DNA of 64,000 nucleotides from an uncultured Arcanobacterium sp. Its GTDB lineage: Bacteria; Actinomycetota; Actinomycetes; Actinomycetales; Actinomycetaceae. This document shows, piece by piece, positions 29,456 to 40,543 of the stretch. Every line of letters starts with the position of its first letter. Within the stretch, counting starts at the first letter, position 1. The notes beneath the pieces are model-generated. The model had not been told where the DNA came from. It saw nothing but the letters and a program-made list of their open reading frames with translations, and did not search any database. The stretch is from contig CAUAGM010000001.1 in the NCBI GenBank assembly GCA_958428545.1, positions 158,428 to 222,427 of the forward strand, given 5' to 3'. The position numbers and the translations under genes are program-made.

Positions 29456-31147
29456 ATGACGCCAGAAGAACTATCTGAATATATCCGCACGTCGATCCGT
29501 GATCTCATACGTGACGGCAGTGTACAGCTCGATGAAACAGATCTGCCTGCTGTGAAAGTAGAGCGCCCACGCTCGCGCGAGCATGGTGATTGGGCCACCA
29601 ATATCGCAATGCAGCTTGCAAAGAAAGCTGGCACAAACCCTCGAGTATTTGCGCAGGCGCTTGTGCAGCGTTTATTGCTCTGCCCAGCTATCGATCGAGC
29701 AGATATTGCAGGTCCTGGCTTCGTGAATATTACGCTTAATGCAGCTGCTGCTGGAGAGCTGGCGCGTACGATTGTGGCGGCTGGTGAGAGTTACGGGCGA
29801 GCGGCAGGTGCGGCAGCCTCATCTCTCGGGCACGTGAACCTCGAATATGTTTCCGCCAACCCCACAGGGCCGATTCATATCGGCGGAGCACGCTGGGCCG
29901 CAGTGGGCGATTCGCTTGCTCGTATCCTCGAAGCAAGCGGCGCAACCGTCACCCGCGAATACTATTTCAACGATCATGGATCGCAGATCGATCATTTCAG
30001 TGCCTCGCTCTTGGCAAGCGCTTTAGGTGAAAAGACTCCGGAAAATGGTTACGGGGGCGCATATATTGCCGAGATAGCACAGCGGGTGATGGGTGAGCAC
30101 CCGGAATTTGACCCTGCACAAGCCTCGCGCGAAGATGCTCAAGAATTTTTCCGTGAGCACGGCGTCACCATGATGTTTGGTGAAATTAAAGATGAGCTGC
30201 ACGCATTCCGCTCGGATTTTGATGTGTATTTCCATGAAGATTCTCTGCACGAATCAGGCGCAGTGGCTGGAGCGATTGAAAAGCTGCGTGATATGGGCGT
30301 GATTTACGATAATGAGGGCGCAACGTGGCTGCGGTCCACAGATTTTGGTGATGATAAAGACCGCGTGATTATCAAGAGCGACGGCGAAGCTGCCTATTTT
30401 GCTGGCGATATTGCCTACTATCTCGACAAGCGCGCCCGCGGCGCAGATCACGCCATTTATATGCTCGGTGCAGATCATCACGGCTATATCGGGCGTATGT
30501 ATGCAGTGGCTCGTGCTTTTGGCGATACTGCTGGAAAAGGTGAGAATATGGAAATTCTCATCGGTCAGCTCGTCAATCTTGTGCGTGACGGGCAGCCGGT
30601 TCGCATGAGCAAACGCGCAGGCACAGTGGTTGTGCTCGGTGATCTCGTTGAGGCTGCAGGTGTAGACGCTGCACGCTATTCTCTTGTGCGTGCCGCAATG
30701 GATACACCGCTCGAAATTGATCTCGATCTCATTTCTTCTCACACAAATGAAAACCCCGTCTATTATGTGCAGTATGCGTATGCACGCACCTGCTCTGTGG
30801 ATCGAAATGCTGCTGAGCACGGAGTGAATCGTTCGCCTGCGGGAGAGACCTTTGATCCAGCGCAGCTGAGCTCTGAGGCAGATAGTGAACTGCTCGGAGT
30901 GCTTGCTCGCTATCCGGAAATCGTCATCCAATCTGCCGAACTGCGAGAGCCTCATCGCGTTGCTCGCTACCTAGAAGAATTAGCCTCTGCCTACCACACG
31001 TGGTACGGCAAGAGTCGAGTGACGCCGCGTGGAGACGATCCCCTTGAGCCAGTTCATGAAGCGCGGCTGTGGTTGAATGATGCTGCAGGGCAAGTGATTG
31101 CAAACGGTCTCGGTTTGCTCGGAGTGAGTGCTCCGGAGAAAATGTAG
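29456..31147 (+). CDS. argS: arginine--tRNA ligase
   Basis: 563 aa. Class I aaRS with HIGG/HIGH region ([17 protein letters not shown]), C-terminal anticodon-binding DALR domain, KMSK-like MSKR. Confidence 0.92.
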   Translation: MTPEELSEYIRTSIRDLIRDGSVQLDETDLPAVKVERPRSREHGDWATNIAMQLAKKAGTNPRVFAQALVQRLLLCPAIDRADIAGPGFVNITLNAAAAGELARTIVAAGESYGRAAGAAASSLGHVNLEYVSANPTGPIHIGGARWAAVGDSLARILEASGATVTREYYFNDHGSQIDHFSASLLASALGEKTPENGYGGAYIAEIAQRVMGEHPEFDPAQASREDAQEFFREHGVTMMFGEIKDELHAFRSDFDVYFHEDSLHESGAVAGAIEKLRDMGVIYDNEGATWLRSTDFGDDKDRVIIKSDGEAAYFAGDIAYYLDKRARGADHAIYMLGADHHGYIGRMYAVARAFGDTAGKGENMEILIGQLVNLVRDGQPVRMSKRAGTVVVLGDLVEAAGVDAARYSLVRAAMDTPLEIDLDLISSHTNENPVYYVQYAYARTCSVDRNAAEHGVNRSPAGETFDPAQLSSEADSELLGVLARYPEIVIQSAELREPHRVARYLEELASAYHTWYGKSRVTPRGDDPLEPVHEARLWLNDAAGQVIANGLGLLGVSAPEKM

Positions 31148-31360
31148 CGAATAGGTGGCTGAGCTGGAGTGAGCATTTTGGCTCAGCCAATTTGCTGCTT
31201 CCGAGATCTTTTGTGCTCAGAGAGATATTTTCGATATAGCGATGTAGTATCGGATTAATAGGAGACTGTGCGTTTAGGTGTGCACATCTTATATGTGTGC
31301 GCAGAGCCTGCAAGGATGCGGCTAGGCACATATCTAGGCGCATATCGAGAAAGTTTTGCG

Positions 31361-32803
31361 ATGGTTGATCGAATCGAAGAAGATCTGCTCGGTAAGAAAG
31401 CTGTGCCGGCACACGCTTACTACGGAGTGCACACAGTTCGCGCAATGGAAAATTTTCATATCTCAGGGAAACTCGTGCGCGATATTCCTGCATTTGTGCG
31501 CGCCATGGTTCAGGTGAAAAAAGCTGTTGCGCTCGCGAATGAAGAGCTGCACGTGCTTCCTCATGATATAGCACAGGCGATTGTGGCTGGTTGCGATGAG
31601 CTGCTCGTCAAAGGGCGCTGCATGGATCAATTCCCAGTAGACGTTTTTCAGGGCGGTGCAGGCACCTCAGTGAATATGAACACCAATGAGGTGGTGGCAA
31701 ACTTGGCGCTTGAGCTGCTTGGATATGAAAAAGGGCGCTACGACGTCATTCATCCAAACGATCACGTAAATAAGAGCCAGAGCACCAACGATGCCTATCC
31801 AACGGGTTTTCGCGTTGCCGTCTATGCAATGTTGCTCGAAGTTGAGCGTGCTGTGCGTGATTTAGCTGCTGCTCTTGCCGAGAAAGCTGAAGAGTTTAAG
31901 GATATTCTCAAAATGGGGCGCACACAGCTTCAAGATGCTGTGCCGATGTCGCTCGGGCAGGAGTTTGCTGGGTTTAGTGTGAATATCGCGGAAGAGCTTG
32001 TGCGTTTGGAGACTGCTGGCAATTTACTTCTCGAAGTGAATCTTGGAGCCACAGCAATTGGCACAGGTCTTAATACGCCCGAAGGGTATCCAAGCTTGGC
32101 TGCTCAAAAGCTAGCTGAGGTGACGGGTTTTCCTACTGTTTCTGCGGCTAATCTTCTGGAGGCCACAAGTGACAACGGCGCATATATTGCCGTGCATTCC
32201 TCGCTCAAGCGGCTTGCTGTGAAACTTTCTAAGATGTGTGACGATTTGCGCTTGCTTTCTTCAGGGCCGCGAGCAGGCTTGAAAGAAATTAACCTTCCAG
32301 AAATGCAGGCGGGATCGTCAATTATGCCGGCAAAAGTAAATCCCGTGATCCCAGAGGTTGTGAATCAAGTGTGTTTCAAGGTGATGGGTAACGACGTGGC
32401 GGTGTGCCATGCGGCAAGTGCCGGGCAGCTGCAGTTGAACGTCATGGAGCCAGCGCTGGCACAGTGCATGTTTGAGAGTCTGCAGCTACTCACTAACGCG
32501 ATGGATACTTTGCGTGAAAAGTGCGTGAGGGGAATTACCGCAAACCCAGAGGTTTGCCGCAGCTACGTGCTTAATTCGATCGGAATCGTCACCTATCTCA
32601 ATGAAATTATCGGGCATCACAATGGCGATCTTGTTGGAAAAGAAGCTGCTCGTACAGGGAAATCTGTGAAAGAAGTAGTTGTGGAGATGGGGCTGATGAG
32701 CGCTGAAGAACTTGACAGCGTGCTCACGGTTGAGGCTTTTATGCATCCCACGTACAAGGGAAAGATTTATTCTGACGAAGATAAGGGCTTGCCGCAGAAG
32801 TAG
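31361..32803 (+). CDS. aspA: aspartate ammonia-lyase (aspartase)
   Basis: Fumarate-lyase signature [15 protein letters not shown] and [11 protein letters not shown]-terminus [25 protein letters not shown] is typical of AspA, so the start was chosen at 31361. Confidence 0.85.
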   Translation: MVDRIEEDLLGKKAVPAHAYYGVHTVRAMENFHISGKLVRDIPAFVRAMVQVKKAVALANEELHVLPHDIAQAIVAGCDELLVKGRCMDQFPVDVFQGGAGTSVNMNTNEVVANLALELLGYEKGRYDVIHPNDHVNKSQSTNDAYPTGFRVAVYAMLLEVERAVRDLAAALAEKAEEFKDILKMGRTQLQDAVPMSLGQEFAGFSVNIAEELVRLETAGNLLLEVNLGATAIGTGLNTPEGYPSLAAQKLAEVTGFPTVSAANLLEATSDNGAYIAVHSSLKRLAVKLSKMCDDLRLLSSGPRAGLKEINLPEMQAGSSIMPAKVNPVIPEVVNQVCFKVMGNDVAVCHAASAGQLQLNVMEPALAQCMFESLQLLTNAMDTLREKCVRGITANPEVCRSYVLNSIGIVTYLNEIIGHHNGDLVGKEAARTGKSVKEVVVEMGLMSAEELDSVLTVEAFMHPTYKGKIYSDEDKGLPQK

Positions 32804-32912
32804 AGTTTTCTTTCGATACGAAAATTTTTTGTGAGGGGGAGTTTCGTAAGAGAATTTTCTTGATTGGTGGTTTTCCTTGATAATAAGCACAAGAGAAGCG
32901 AAAGAGGTGTTT

Positions 32913-34301
32913 ATGGATCACGTGCCCCCGTCACCCTTTGAACAGATTCCAGCTCCTGAACCTGAGCAGGCGGATGTTGGCGGAATCTGGAGCCGTCACA
33001 CAATGCGAAATACGTGTGGAGAGCTGGAAATTGCTGGCGTACCCGTCTCGAAGCTTGCGGCAGATTATGGCACGCCCCTCTTCGTGCTCGATACTGCAGA
33101 TGCTCGCAGGCGTGCATGTGTGTGGAAGCACGCATTAGATGCGGCGTTTGAGCAGCTCAACGGAGCAGACGTCTACTATGCGGGCAAAGCATTTCTCTGT
33201 AAGCAATTTGCTAGGTGGATGGTGGAAGAGGGGCTTCATATCGATACTGCTTCCTACGGAGAATTAGCTACCGCCCTTTTGGCAGGTGTGTCTGGGAGTG
33301 CATGTGGGCTTCACGGCAATAATAAAAGCCGTGAAGAAATCGAGTATGCTCTCGAATGCGGCGTAGCGCATATCGTCATTGATTCTCTCGATGAGCTTTC
33401 GTTCGTTGAAAAAATAGCGGCAGAGAGAGGAGAGGTGGCTCCCATTTATCTGCGTTTGACGACTGGCGTCCATGCCGGTGGGCATCAATTTATTGCCACA
33501 GCGCATGAAGATCAGAAGTTCGGGCTTTCTATTGCCACGGGCGTCTCCCGCGAAGCAATTCTTCAAGCGGCGCAGGCAGATCATCTGAAGTTAATCGGGC
33601 TGCATTCGCATATCGGCTCTCAGATTGCTGCTGTTGATGGTTTCGTAGCAGCTGCTCGCCTAGTGTTGGCAGAGCGTGCATGGGCAGCTCAGTGCGGCAT
33701 TTCTATTGACGAGATTGATCTCGGTGGAGGATATGGGGTGCGCTATACGAGCGCAGACCCCGAGCCGCCGCTTCCGCAAGATTTTGCTTCCGCATTGGCG
33801 GGCGTCGTCACCGCTCATATTGAAGAGACGGGGCTTTCTGCGCCGCGCATCTCCGTAGAGCCTGGAAGGTCAATTGTTGCTCCCGCAATGACGATGCTTT
33901 ACAGCGTCGGCACAGTGAAAAATGTTGCGATTGATTCTGGGCAGCGCCAGTACGTGGCAGTTGACGGGGGAATGAGCGATAACATTCGCCCGGCTCTCTA
34001 CGGTGCCGACTATACGGCGGCTCTCGCTAATCGGCGCTCTGATGCTGAATATGTGCGCACGCGCGTGGTGGGCAAACATTGCGAATCAGGAGATATTGTG
34101 GTGCGCGATGTTTCTTTTCCTGCCGATGTGCGCCGCGGCGATCTTTTGGCGGTGCCTGCTGTGGGGGCGTATGGATACGCAATGACGAGTAACTACAATA
34201 TGCTTACGAAACCAGCCGTTGTGGCTGTTGAGCAGGGAGAAGTGACGCCTTTGCTGCGGCGGCAGACTGTGCATGATCTACTTGCTTACGATGTAGGCTG
34301 A
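32913..34301 (+). CDS. lysA: diaminopimelate decarboxylase
   Basis: PLP fold-III decarboxylase (YAGKAF, GGGYGVRY, CESGD motifs). ATG with SD sequence agaggtg. Confidence 0.9.
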   Translation: MDHVPPSPFEQIPAPEPEQADVGGIWSRHTMRNTCGELEIAGVPVSKLAADYGTPLFVLDTADARRRACVWKHALDAAFEQLNGADVYYAGKAFLCKQFARWMVEEGLHIDTASYGELATALLAGVSGSACGLHGNNKSREEIEYALECGVAHIVIDSLDELSFVEKIAAERGEVAPIYLRLTTGVHAGGHQFIATAHEDQKFGLSIATGVSREAILQAAQADHLKLIGLHSHIGSQIAAVDGFVAAARLVLAERAWAAQCGISIDEIDLGGGYGVRYTSADPEPPLPQDFASALAGVVTAHIEETGLSAPRISVEPGRSIVAPAMTMLYSVGTVKNVAIDSGQRQYVAVDGGMSDNIRPALYGADYTAALANRRSDAEYVRTRVVGKHCESGDIVVRDVSFPADVRRGDLLAVPAVGAYGYAMTSNYNMLTKPAVVAVEQGEVTPLLRRQTVHDLLAYDVG

Positions 34302-34468
34302 TGGTGTTTGAGATTGTTCTGGGGGGGCGTTTACTGAGCTAAAGATTTCGGCTGTTGTAGGTCGTGACTGAGCTGGGGAATGTACCTGTGCCAGATGCTT
34401 AAGCTGATCTATATGTTCGAGCTGAGTGAGAGGCTATAGCTGGAGATATTTTAAGCTATAGTCACTGT

Positions 34469-34984
34469 CTATCGTCGCGTAACGATTGGCGCAAATATGG
34501 CTGAAATAAGCGAGGCAAGAGTGTGCGGAGCAATGCGCACAGAGAGTGAGCGTTTGCCGCCTGAAACTATGATAGTTTCAAGAGTTTCTGCTTCGGCGTC
34601 AATCACGGTTGGAAAAAGTTTGCGCTGGCCAAGCGGCGAGATTCCACCTCGAATATATCCTGTGAGTTTTTCTGCTTTATCTGGATCCATCATGTGTGCG
34701 TGCTTAGCTCTGCAGGCTTTGGCAAGGGATTTAAGATTAAGCTGATGGGAAGCCGGTACGATGGCGACAGTGGGAGCGCCATCAACCTCTGCAAGGAGAG
34801 TCTTGAAAACTGTATTCGGATCGAGACCGAGCACGGCAACTGTATCGAGCGCGAAACCGTGTTCCATCACCTCTGAATGCTCGTATTCAATCAGCTCGTA
34901 GTCTATATCTGCCTCTTGAAGCACTTTCAAAGCTGGCGTTGCAGAGCTTGCTGATTTACTTTTCTTTCCCACTCTTTTAATCAT
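34469..34984 (-). CDS. ybaK: Cys-tRNA(Pro)/Cys-tRNA(Cys) deacylase YbaK (aminoacyl-tRNA editing domain protein)
   Basis: YbaK/ProX fold motifs (KTLL...VAIVPASHQLNLKSLAKA, ISPLG). 171 aa. Confidence 0.75.
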   Translation of the reverse strand: MIKRVGKKSKSASSATPALKVLQEADIDYELIEYEHSEVMEHGFALDTVAVLGLDPNTVFKTLLAEVDGAPTVAIVPASHQLNLKSLAKACRAKHAHMMDPDKAEKLTGYIRGGISPLGQRKLFPTVIDAEAETLETIIVSGGKRSLSVRIAPHTLASLISAIFAPIVTRR

Positions 34985-35465
34985 AGCGATTCGTCACAGC
35001 ATTTTCTGCGCCAAGGAGCCTGCGGGAGCCTTATTAAAAGAGGTGAGGGTTTGTGCGTTCGTGCGGCTAAATCTAGAAGAAGTGAGAGTTTATTCGCTCG
35101 CGCGGCTAAACCTAAACTAAATATGGTGCTATGTAAGCAGAGAAAATAGGAGCGTTCTTTTAAGAGCTTTTCTGGCGAGTGTGGGCGGATGGGGAGTCTT
35201 TTTGCGGATCCGCGGCGTTGGGCGTGTTGTAATCTCGTGAATTGATGAGGAGGGTGCGTGCGGAGCTGCGCATAAGGGCTGCGTGTATGGGTCTGCGTAT
35301 GCGGGCTGTGCGTGCGAATTGTATATGAGTTGTGTATGAGCTGGCATGGAGATAGTGCATAAGCTGCACATGGAGAAGCGCATGAGGATAGTGTGTGAAA
35401 ATAATGTGTGAGTAGGGGCAGAAGCTGGCGCTTCAAAATCAAGCGATAAAAGCAGGTGGGGTGAG

Positions 35466-36611
35466 ATGCTAACTGAAGAGAAAATAATGTACCGCAGGGA
35501 ATTAAAGAGTGATAAAGGCTCAGAGTGCTGTGAGGTAGTTGGGCGTTATGCGCCGTCACCCTCTGGTGATCTGCATCTGGGGAATTTACGCACAGCGCTT
35601 CTTGCGTGGGCGTATGCCCGATCGGCAGGCGGGCGTTTTTTGCTGCGAATTGAAGATTTAGATGAGCGCTCACGCCCGTATTTTGAGGCAAGCCAGCTGC
35701 GTGATTTAGAATCGCTCGGAATTGATTGGGATAGTACACCTGTTCGCCAGTCGGAACGGCTTGATTTGTATCGTGCGCGCATGGAGGAGCTGCAGAGCTC
35801 GGGTTTTCTCTACGAATGCTACTGTACGCGCCGAGAATTGGCAGATGTTGCAAGCGCTCCGCACGGCGCTCCTGGGAGCTATTCGGGGGTATGCAGAAAT
35901 CTGAGTGAGGATATGAGGGCGGCTGGGCGTGCGAAAGTTGCGGAGCTTCGGCGTGCTCCTGCTTTGCGGCTGGGCGTAGGATTCGATACTTCAGATGTAA
36001 ATTCTTTGTGTGCTTGCAGCATTCCGTCACATTCTAGTGTTGGCAAAGCTCTCATGTATAAAGACGGCAGCAATTTTTATTCCGTATTCGATGCGAATTA
36101 CGGTGAGTGCTGCGCACAGGTGGATGATTTCGTTATTCGTCGAGGTGACGGCATTTTTTCCTACAATTTCGTCTCTGTAATTGACGACGGCGAAACTGGC
36201 GTGAATCAGATTGTGCGCGGCAGTGATTTGCTTTCCTCAGCGCCTCGGCAAGCCTATCTGCAGAGGATTATGGGCTATTCACTCCCAGAATATCGCCACG
36301 TACCGCTTGTGCTCAATGCGCAAGGGCAACGTTTAGCAAAGCGTGACGGTGCCGTCACGCTTGAGCAGCTCGCTCAATGCGGGTGGAGTGCTGGAGACGT
36401 GTGTGAACTGATTGTACGCTCGCTTGGTTATTCGAGCACAGATGTGCACTGCGCGGAAGAATTTCTTGAGGTGTTTGATCCGAATCGGTTGAGCTGGAGT
36501 GATGAGGTTGTGAATCTGGGTAGTGGGTTGAGTGCGTGCGGTGACGATCTGCGTGCGCCGTGGATAGTTGATGTGAATCGTCTTGCCGCTGGACCGCAAG
36601 AAATGCTTTGA
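35466..36611 (+). CDS. gluQ: tRNA glutamyl-Q(34) synthetase (GluQ-RS, truncated GluRS paralogue) with C-terminal extension
   Basis: YAPSPSGDLHLGNLRTALLAWAYARSAGGRFLLRIEDLD (class I HIGH region) and C-x-C zinc knuckle (YECYCTRRE). The start is uncertain: ATG at 35466 or 35487. Confidence 0.7.
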   Translation: MLTEEKIMYRRELKSDKGSECCEVVGRYAPSPSGDLHLGNLRTALLAWAYARSAGGRFLLRIEDLDERSRPYFEASQLRDLESLGIDWDSTPVRQSERLDLYRARMEELQSSGFLYECYCTRRELADVASAPHGAPGSYSGVCRNLSEDMRAAGRAKVAELRRAPALRLGVGFDTSDVNSLCACSIPSHSSVGKALMYKDGSNFYSVFDANYGECCAQVDDFVIRRGDGIFSYNFVSVIDDGETGVNQIVRGSDLLSSAPRQAYLQRIMGYSLPEYRHVPLVLNAQGQRLAKRDGAVTLEQLAQCGWSAGDVCELIVRSLGYSSTDVHCAEEFLEVFDPNRLSWSDEVVNLGSGLSACGDDLRAPWIVDVNRLAAGPQEML

Positions 36612-36718
36612 ATAGCTGGCGTGGCATACGCGAAATTGAAGATGCGTCGCCATGAAAACTGATATGTAGCGCCAATGCTTATCTTGCTGTTCATTTCCAA
36701 GAGCAGAAAGAGTAGGGA

Positions 36719-36727
36719 GGGGGGGGG
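36719..36727. repeat. G9 homopolymeric tract in the gluQ-clpB intergenic region
   Basis: agtagggagggggggggaagc. Confidence 0.7.
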
Positions 36728-36963
36728 AAGCTTGCCGCTAGGTTGTGCGTAGTCCTCGGCTGTTTTGGTGGCGTCAGGGGTGGCAGCTTGGAAGCTTGCC
36801 GCTGATATATGGGGATATATAGGGATATGCAGAGATTTATGCGAGTTCACTTATGCTCGTGCATGAGCAGAAAATCTTGTTTTCGCAGAGGATTGTGTTG
36901 CTGTGCATAGTATATAGTTTTTAGCAGATTTTCGCGGTTTTAAATGATATGTAACACGTTCAA

Positions 36964-36984
36964 AGTTGCGTGGAATAGACTCAA
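36964..36984 (+). promoter_or_regulatory. HAIR-like inverted repeat (candidate HspR operator) upstream of clpB
   Basis: GTTGCGT-N7-ACTCAAC compared with the HAIR consensus CTTGAGT-N7-ACTCAAG. Lies about 60 bp upstream of the clpB start. Confidence 0.3.
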
Positions 36985-37042
36985 CTTTATCTGCGTTGCT
37001 ATAACTGAACTTAGAAGTTTTATCGAAGCTATGGAGGTAGCG

Positions 37043-39697
37043 ATGGATAAATTCACGACCAAGAGTCAAGAAGCTCTTGCGCACGCTATACAAACGGCGA
37101 CTGCTGCAGGCAATCCTCAGCTAGAGCCTACGCATGTGCTCGGTGCTCTCTTGCAGCAAACCGATGGAGTAGCGGTGGCATTGCTTGATGCTGTGGGAGC
37201 TGATCGCACGGCTTTATCTCGACGGGTGACGGCGGCGCTCGCCGCTCTCCCTGGTGCGCAAGGAACGACGGTTTCCAGCCCTCAAGCGTCACGCAATCTT
37301 TCCCTTATGTTGGCAGATGCTGGAAAAGAAGCAAGTTCGCTCGGAGATTCCTATATTTCTACGGAGCACATTCTTCTCGCCCTGAGTTCCTCTCAATCGA
37401 ATGCTGGCGAGATACTGCGTTCCGCAGGAGGCGGGCGTGAGCAGCTCATTGCCGCTCTTCCGTCTGTGCGGGGAAATGCGCACGTGGATACGCCAGATCC
37501 GGAGGGTACGTTTAAGGCCCTTGAGAAATATGGCACCGATCTCACTCAGATGGCGCGCGATAGCAAGCTCGATCCCGTGATTGGGCGAGATTCTGAAATT
37601 CGCCGTGTAGTGCAGGTGCTTAGCCGCCGCACGAAAAATAACCCTGTGCTCATTGGCGAACCTGGCGTTGGTAAAACGGCTGTAGTAGAGGGGCTTGCGC
37701 AGCGCATTGTCGATGGCGATGTGCCAGAGAGTCTGCGAGGAAAACGCCTGATTTCCCTCGATATTTCTGCAATGGTTGCTGGCGCGAAATATCGCGGCGA
37801 GTTTGAGGAGCGCCTCAAAGCTGTGCTGGCTGAGATTAAAAGCAGTGAGGGAGAAATCGTCACCTTTATTGATGAACTGCATACCGTGGTTGGTGCGGGC
37901 GCTGGCTCCGAGAGCGCGATGGATGCAGGTAATATGCTCAAGCCTATGCTTGCGCGTGGTGAACTTCGGCTTGTTGGCGCCACCACTCTCGATGAATATC
38001 GTGAGCACGTGGAAAAAGATCCTGCTCTTGAACGCCGCTTCCAGCAAGTGTTTGTGGGAGAGCCGAGCGTAGAAGATACGATTGCGATTTTGCGTGGCAT
38101 TGCGCCGAAGTATGAGGCTCATCATAAGGTTACTATTTCAGATGGTGCTCTCGTTGCGGCTGCCACGCTCTCTGATCGCTATATTTCGGGGCGGCAGCTG
38201 CCAGATAAAGCTATCGATCTCATCGACGAAGCGGCCTCGCGCCTGCGCATGGAGCTGGATTCTTCTCCAGAAGAAATTGATGTGCTGCAGCGGCAGGTCA
38301 ATCGTCTCAAAATGGAAAAGAGTTACCTGGAAGAGACTGATATTGAGCATGATGATGCTGGAGCTGCTGATCGCTTAGAGAAGCTGGAGGCAGAGCTTGC
38401 TGATAAAAGCGAGGAGCTTGCAGCTCTCAATGCTCGCTGGCAGTCTGAGAAAGAAGGTCGCAATAAAGTTGGCGATCTGCGCGCTAAGCTCGATGAATTG
38501 CGCACTGAGCTGGAAAAAGCAATTCGCGAGGGGCGCTACGAAGATGCTGGGCGTATACAAAACGGAGAAATTCCCGGGGTAGAGCGTCAGATTTCTGCCG
38601 CAGAAGGCGAATCGTCGTTGGGAGAATCTGAAAGTACACCAGCTCAATCGGGAGAATCGGCTCAGCGTGCTATAGAACCGATGATTGCTGAAAAGGTTGA
38701 TGCTGACGGTGTTGCTGAAGTGGTTGCTGCATGGACGGGAATTCCTGTGGGGCGTTTGCTTCAGGGAGAAACCGAGAAGCTGCTCCACATGGAAGAGCAT
38801 ATCGGAAAGCGCCTGATCGGGCAGTCTGCTGCAGTTCATGCTGTTGCAGACGCTGTGCGGCGCTCGCGTGCGGGAGTTGCTGATCCGAATCGTCCAACTG
38901 GCTCGTTTATGTTTCTCGGGCCCACGGGTGTGGGCAAGACGGAGCTTGCCAAGAGCCTTGCCGATTTCCTCTTTGACGATGAGCGGGCTTTGGTTCGTAT
39001 CGATATGAGTGAGTATTCTGAAAAGCATTCGGTGGCGCGCTTAGTGGGCGCTCCTCCAGGATATGTGGGTTACGAGGAAGGTGGGCAGCTCACTGAGGCG
39101 GTACGCCGTAGACCGTATGGTGTAATTTTGCTCGACGAGGTGGAGAAAGCTCATCCAGAGGTTTTCGATATTTTGCTGCAGGTGCTCGACGATGGGCGCC
39201 TCACGGATGGGCAGGGGCGCACAGTGGATTTCCGCAATGCTATTGTGATCCTCACGAGTAATCTGGGTTCACAATTCTTGGCGGATCCAGCTCTTGCAGA
39301 GGCTGAGAAGCGTGAAAAGGTGATGTCTACTGTACGTGGAGCGTTCAAGCCAGAGTTCCTCAACCGTCTTGATGATGTGATTCTTTTCGATCCGTTGAGT
39401 GTTGAAGAAATAGAGGAAATTGTTGCTCTGCAGATTGCTCAACTTGAAAAGAGGCTGGAACCTCGTAGAATTCGGCTCGACGTTTCTGAGCGTGCGCGCT
39501 CAATTCTTGCACGTGATGGCTATGATCCTGCTTATGGTGCTCGCCCGTTGCGCCGTCTTGTACAGCGTGAGATTGGCGATCAGCTTGCTCAGATGATCCT
39601 GAGCGGAGCTGTGAGTGACGGCGATCTTGTTCGCGTTGATGCTGCTGGGATTGAGAGTGGCACTGAACGGCGTTTGGTGTTGAGCACTGCTCAGTGA
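37043..39697 (+). CDS. clpB: ATP-dependent chaperone ClpB (disaggregase)
   Basis: N-domain, two AAA+ modules ([16 protein letters not shown]), long coiled-coil M-domain. ATG at 37043 with SD sequence ggaggt. Confidence 0.93.
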   Translation: MDKFTTKSQEALAHAIQTATAAGNPQLEPTHVLGALLQQTDGVAVALLDAVGADRTALSRRVTAALAALPGAQGTTVSSPQASRNLSLMLADAGKEASSLGDSYISTEHILLALSSSQSNAGEILRSAGGGREQLIAALPSVRGNAHVDTPDPEGTFKALEKYGTDLTQMARDSKLDPVIGRDSEIRRVVQVLSRRTKNNPVLIGEPGVGKTAVVEGLAQRIVDGDVPESLRGKRLISLDISAMVAGAKYRGEFEERLKAVLAEIKSSEGEIVTFIDELHTVVGAGAGSESAMDAGNMLKPMLARGELRLVGATTLDEYREHVEKDPALERRFQQVFVGEPSVEDTIAILRGIAPKYEAHHKVTISDGALVAAATLSDRYISGRQLPDKAIDLIDEAASRLRMELDSSPEEIDVLQRQVNRLKMEKSYLEETDIEHDDAGAADRLEKLEAELADKSEELAALNARWQSEKEGRNKVGDLRAKLDELRTELEKAIREGRYEDAGRIQNGEIPGVERQISAAEGESSLGESESTPAQSGESAQRAIEPMIAEKVDADGVAEVVAAWTGIPVGRLLQGETEKLLHMEEHIGKRLIGQSAAVHAVADAVRRSRAGVADPNRPTGSFMFLGPTGVGKTELAKSLADFLFDDERALVRIDMSEYSEKHSVARLVGAPPGYVGYEEGGQLTEAVRRRPYGVILLDEVEKAHPEVFDILLQVLDDGRLTDGQGRTVDFRNAIVILTSNLGSQFLADPALAEAEKREKVMSTVRGAFKPEFLNRLDDVILFDPLSVEEIEEIVALQIAQLEKRLEPRRIRLDVSERARSILARDGYDPAYGARPLRRLVQREIGDQLAQMILSGAVSDGDLVRVDAAGIESGTERRLVLSTAQ

Positions 39698-40543
39698 TAC
39701 GGGGATTCTATGTAGAATTCTAAAAATCTGCGGCCCGGGGTGTGATGATGTAGTTCGTATAAGCTCTGGGCTGCAGTTTTATCGTTCATTGTAGTTTTAT
39801 CGTGAAAAACGCTTGGAATTTTAAGCATTGATCTGGATTTTTCCAGAAGCTGCGCTTAGCTGGATTTTTCTAATTTTCCAGAAGCTGCACTCCTATTAAG
39901 TGTTTGTGAGTGAATAATGCAGCTCGTTCGTAGCTTGGTAGCTTGCCTGCAGTGCTTTCTTGTAGCTTTTATATAGTTCCTCACACATAGTGTATTGCCT
40001 GACGCATCGTGGAAGCCGCCTCTCGCCTATTGTTTGCATATATCTGCCTACAGCATCATGGCAGCAGGTGCTTTATGTGTTTGCGCTGGCTGACGAGCTT
40101 GCGTTAGGTAGAGCTTGTATTAGCAGCAGGGGCAGAGCTTGTATTGGCTAGAACTTGCACTAGAGGCAGGGGCAGAGCCAAGGATATAAGAGGCTTAGGT
40201 GTGGAGTAGTTAAGAAGCGCTGGTACAGCAACAGGGGTCGCAGCGCCAAAATTACTGCAACCCCTGCCGAAGTCTTAGGGCACCGAACCCGATAGCGCCT
40301 GTCGGCGCTAAGGCCGCTCGTAGCGGCAAATTATTGGAGCCCGGGGCTTTCGCGATTCGGTGCCTTAACTAAAATATAGCGCACTAGGTGACGTTTGTCA
40401 CGCAAAAAAAGATAACAATTTTTATAACAAAATCGATTACGAATGAGATAGTCAATTCAATAAATCTTCAATAAAACTGAGAAAACGGTTTTCTCACGGA
40501 ATAAATGTTTTATATTTTGCTTGGAACGTGAAAGAATTTTCAC

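Noticed and set aside
34981-36030. 349-aa ORF on the minus strand
   Set aside because: It is antisense to the well-supported gluQ gene and runs through a low-complexity repeat region. Its translation is Pro/His/Ser/Thr low-complexity with no domain-like pattern.
37289-38125. 278-aa and 184-aa minus-strand ORFs inside clpB
   Set aside because: Antisense shadow ORFs of a highly conserved AAA+ gene
40100-40190. Possible CRISPR-like repeat array
   Set aside because: Only two degenerate copies of an irregular unit (gagcttgtattRgc...aggcaggggca) are present, with no regular spacer periodicity and no cas genes.
40278-40363. tRNA-like cloverleaf (closing stem plus three hairpins)
   Set aside because: The loop sizes (3-4 nt) and the absence of conserved T-loop and D-loop sequences do not fit a tRNA. 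It is kept only as a candidate structured RNA.
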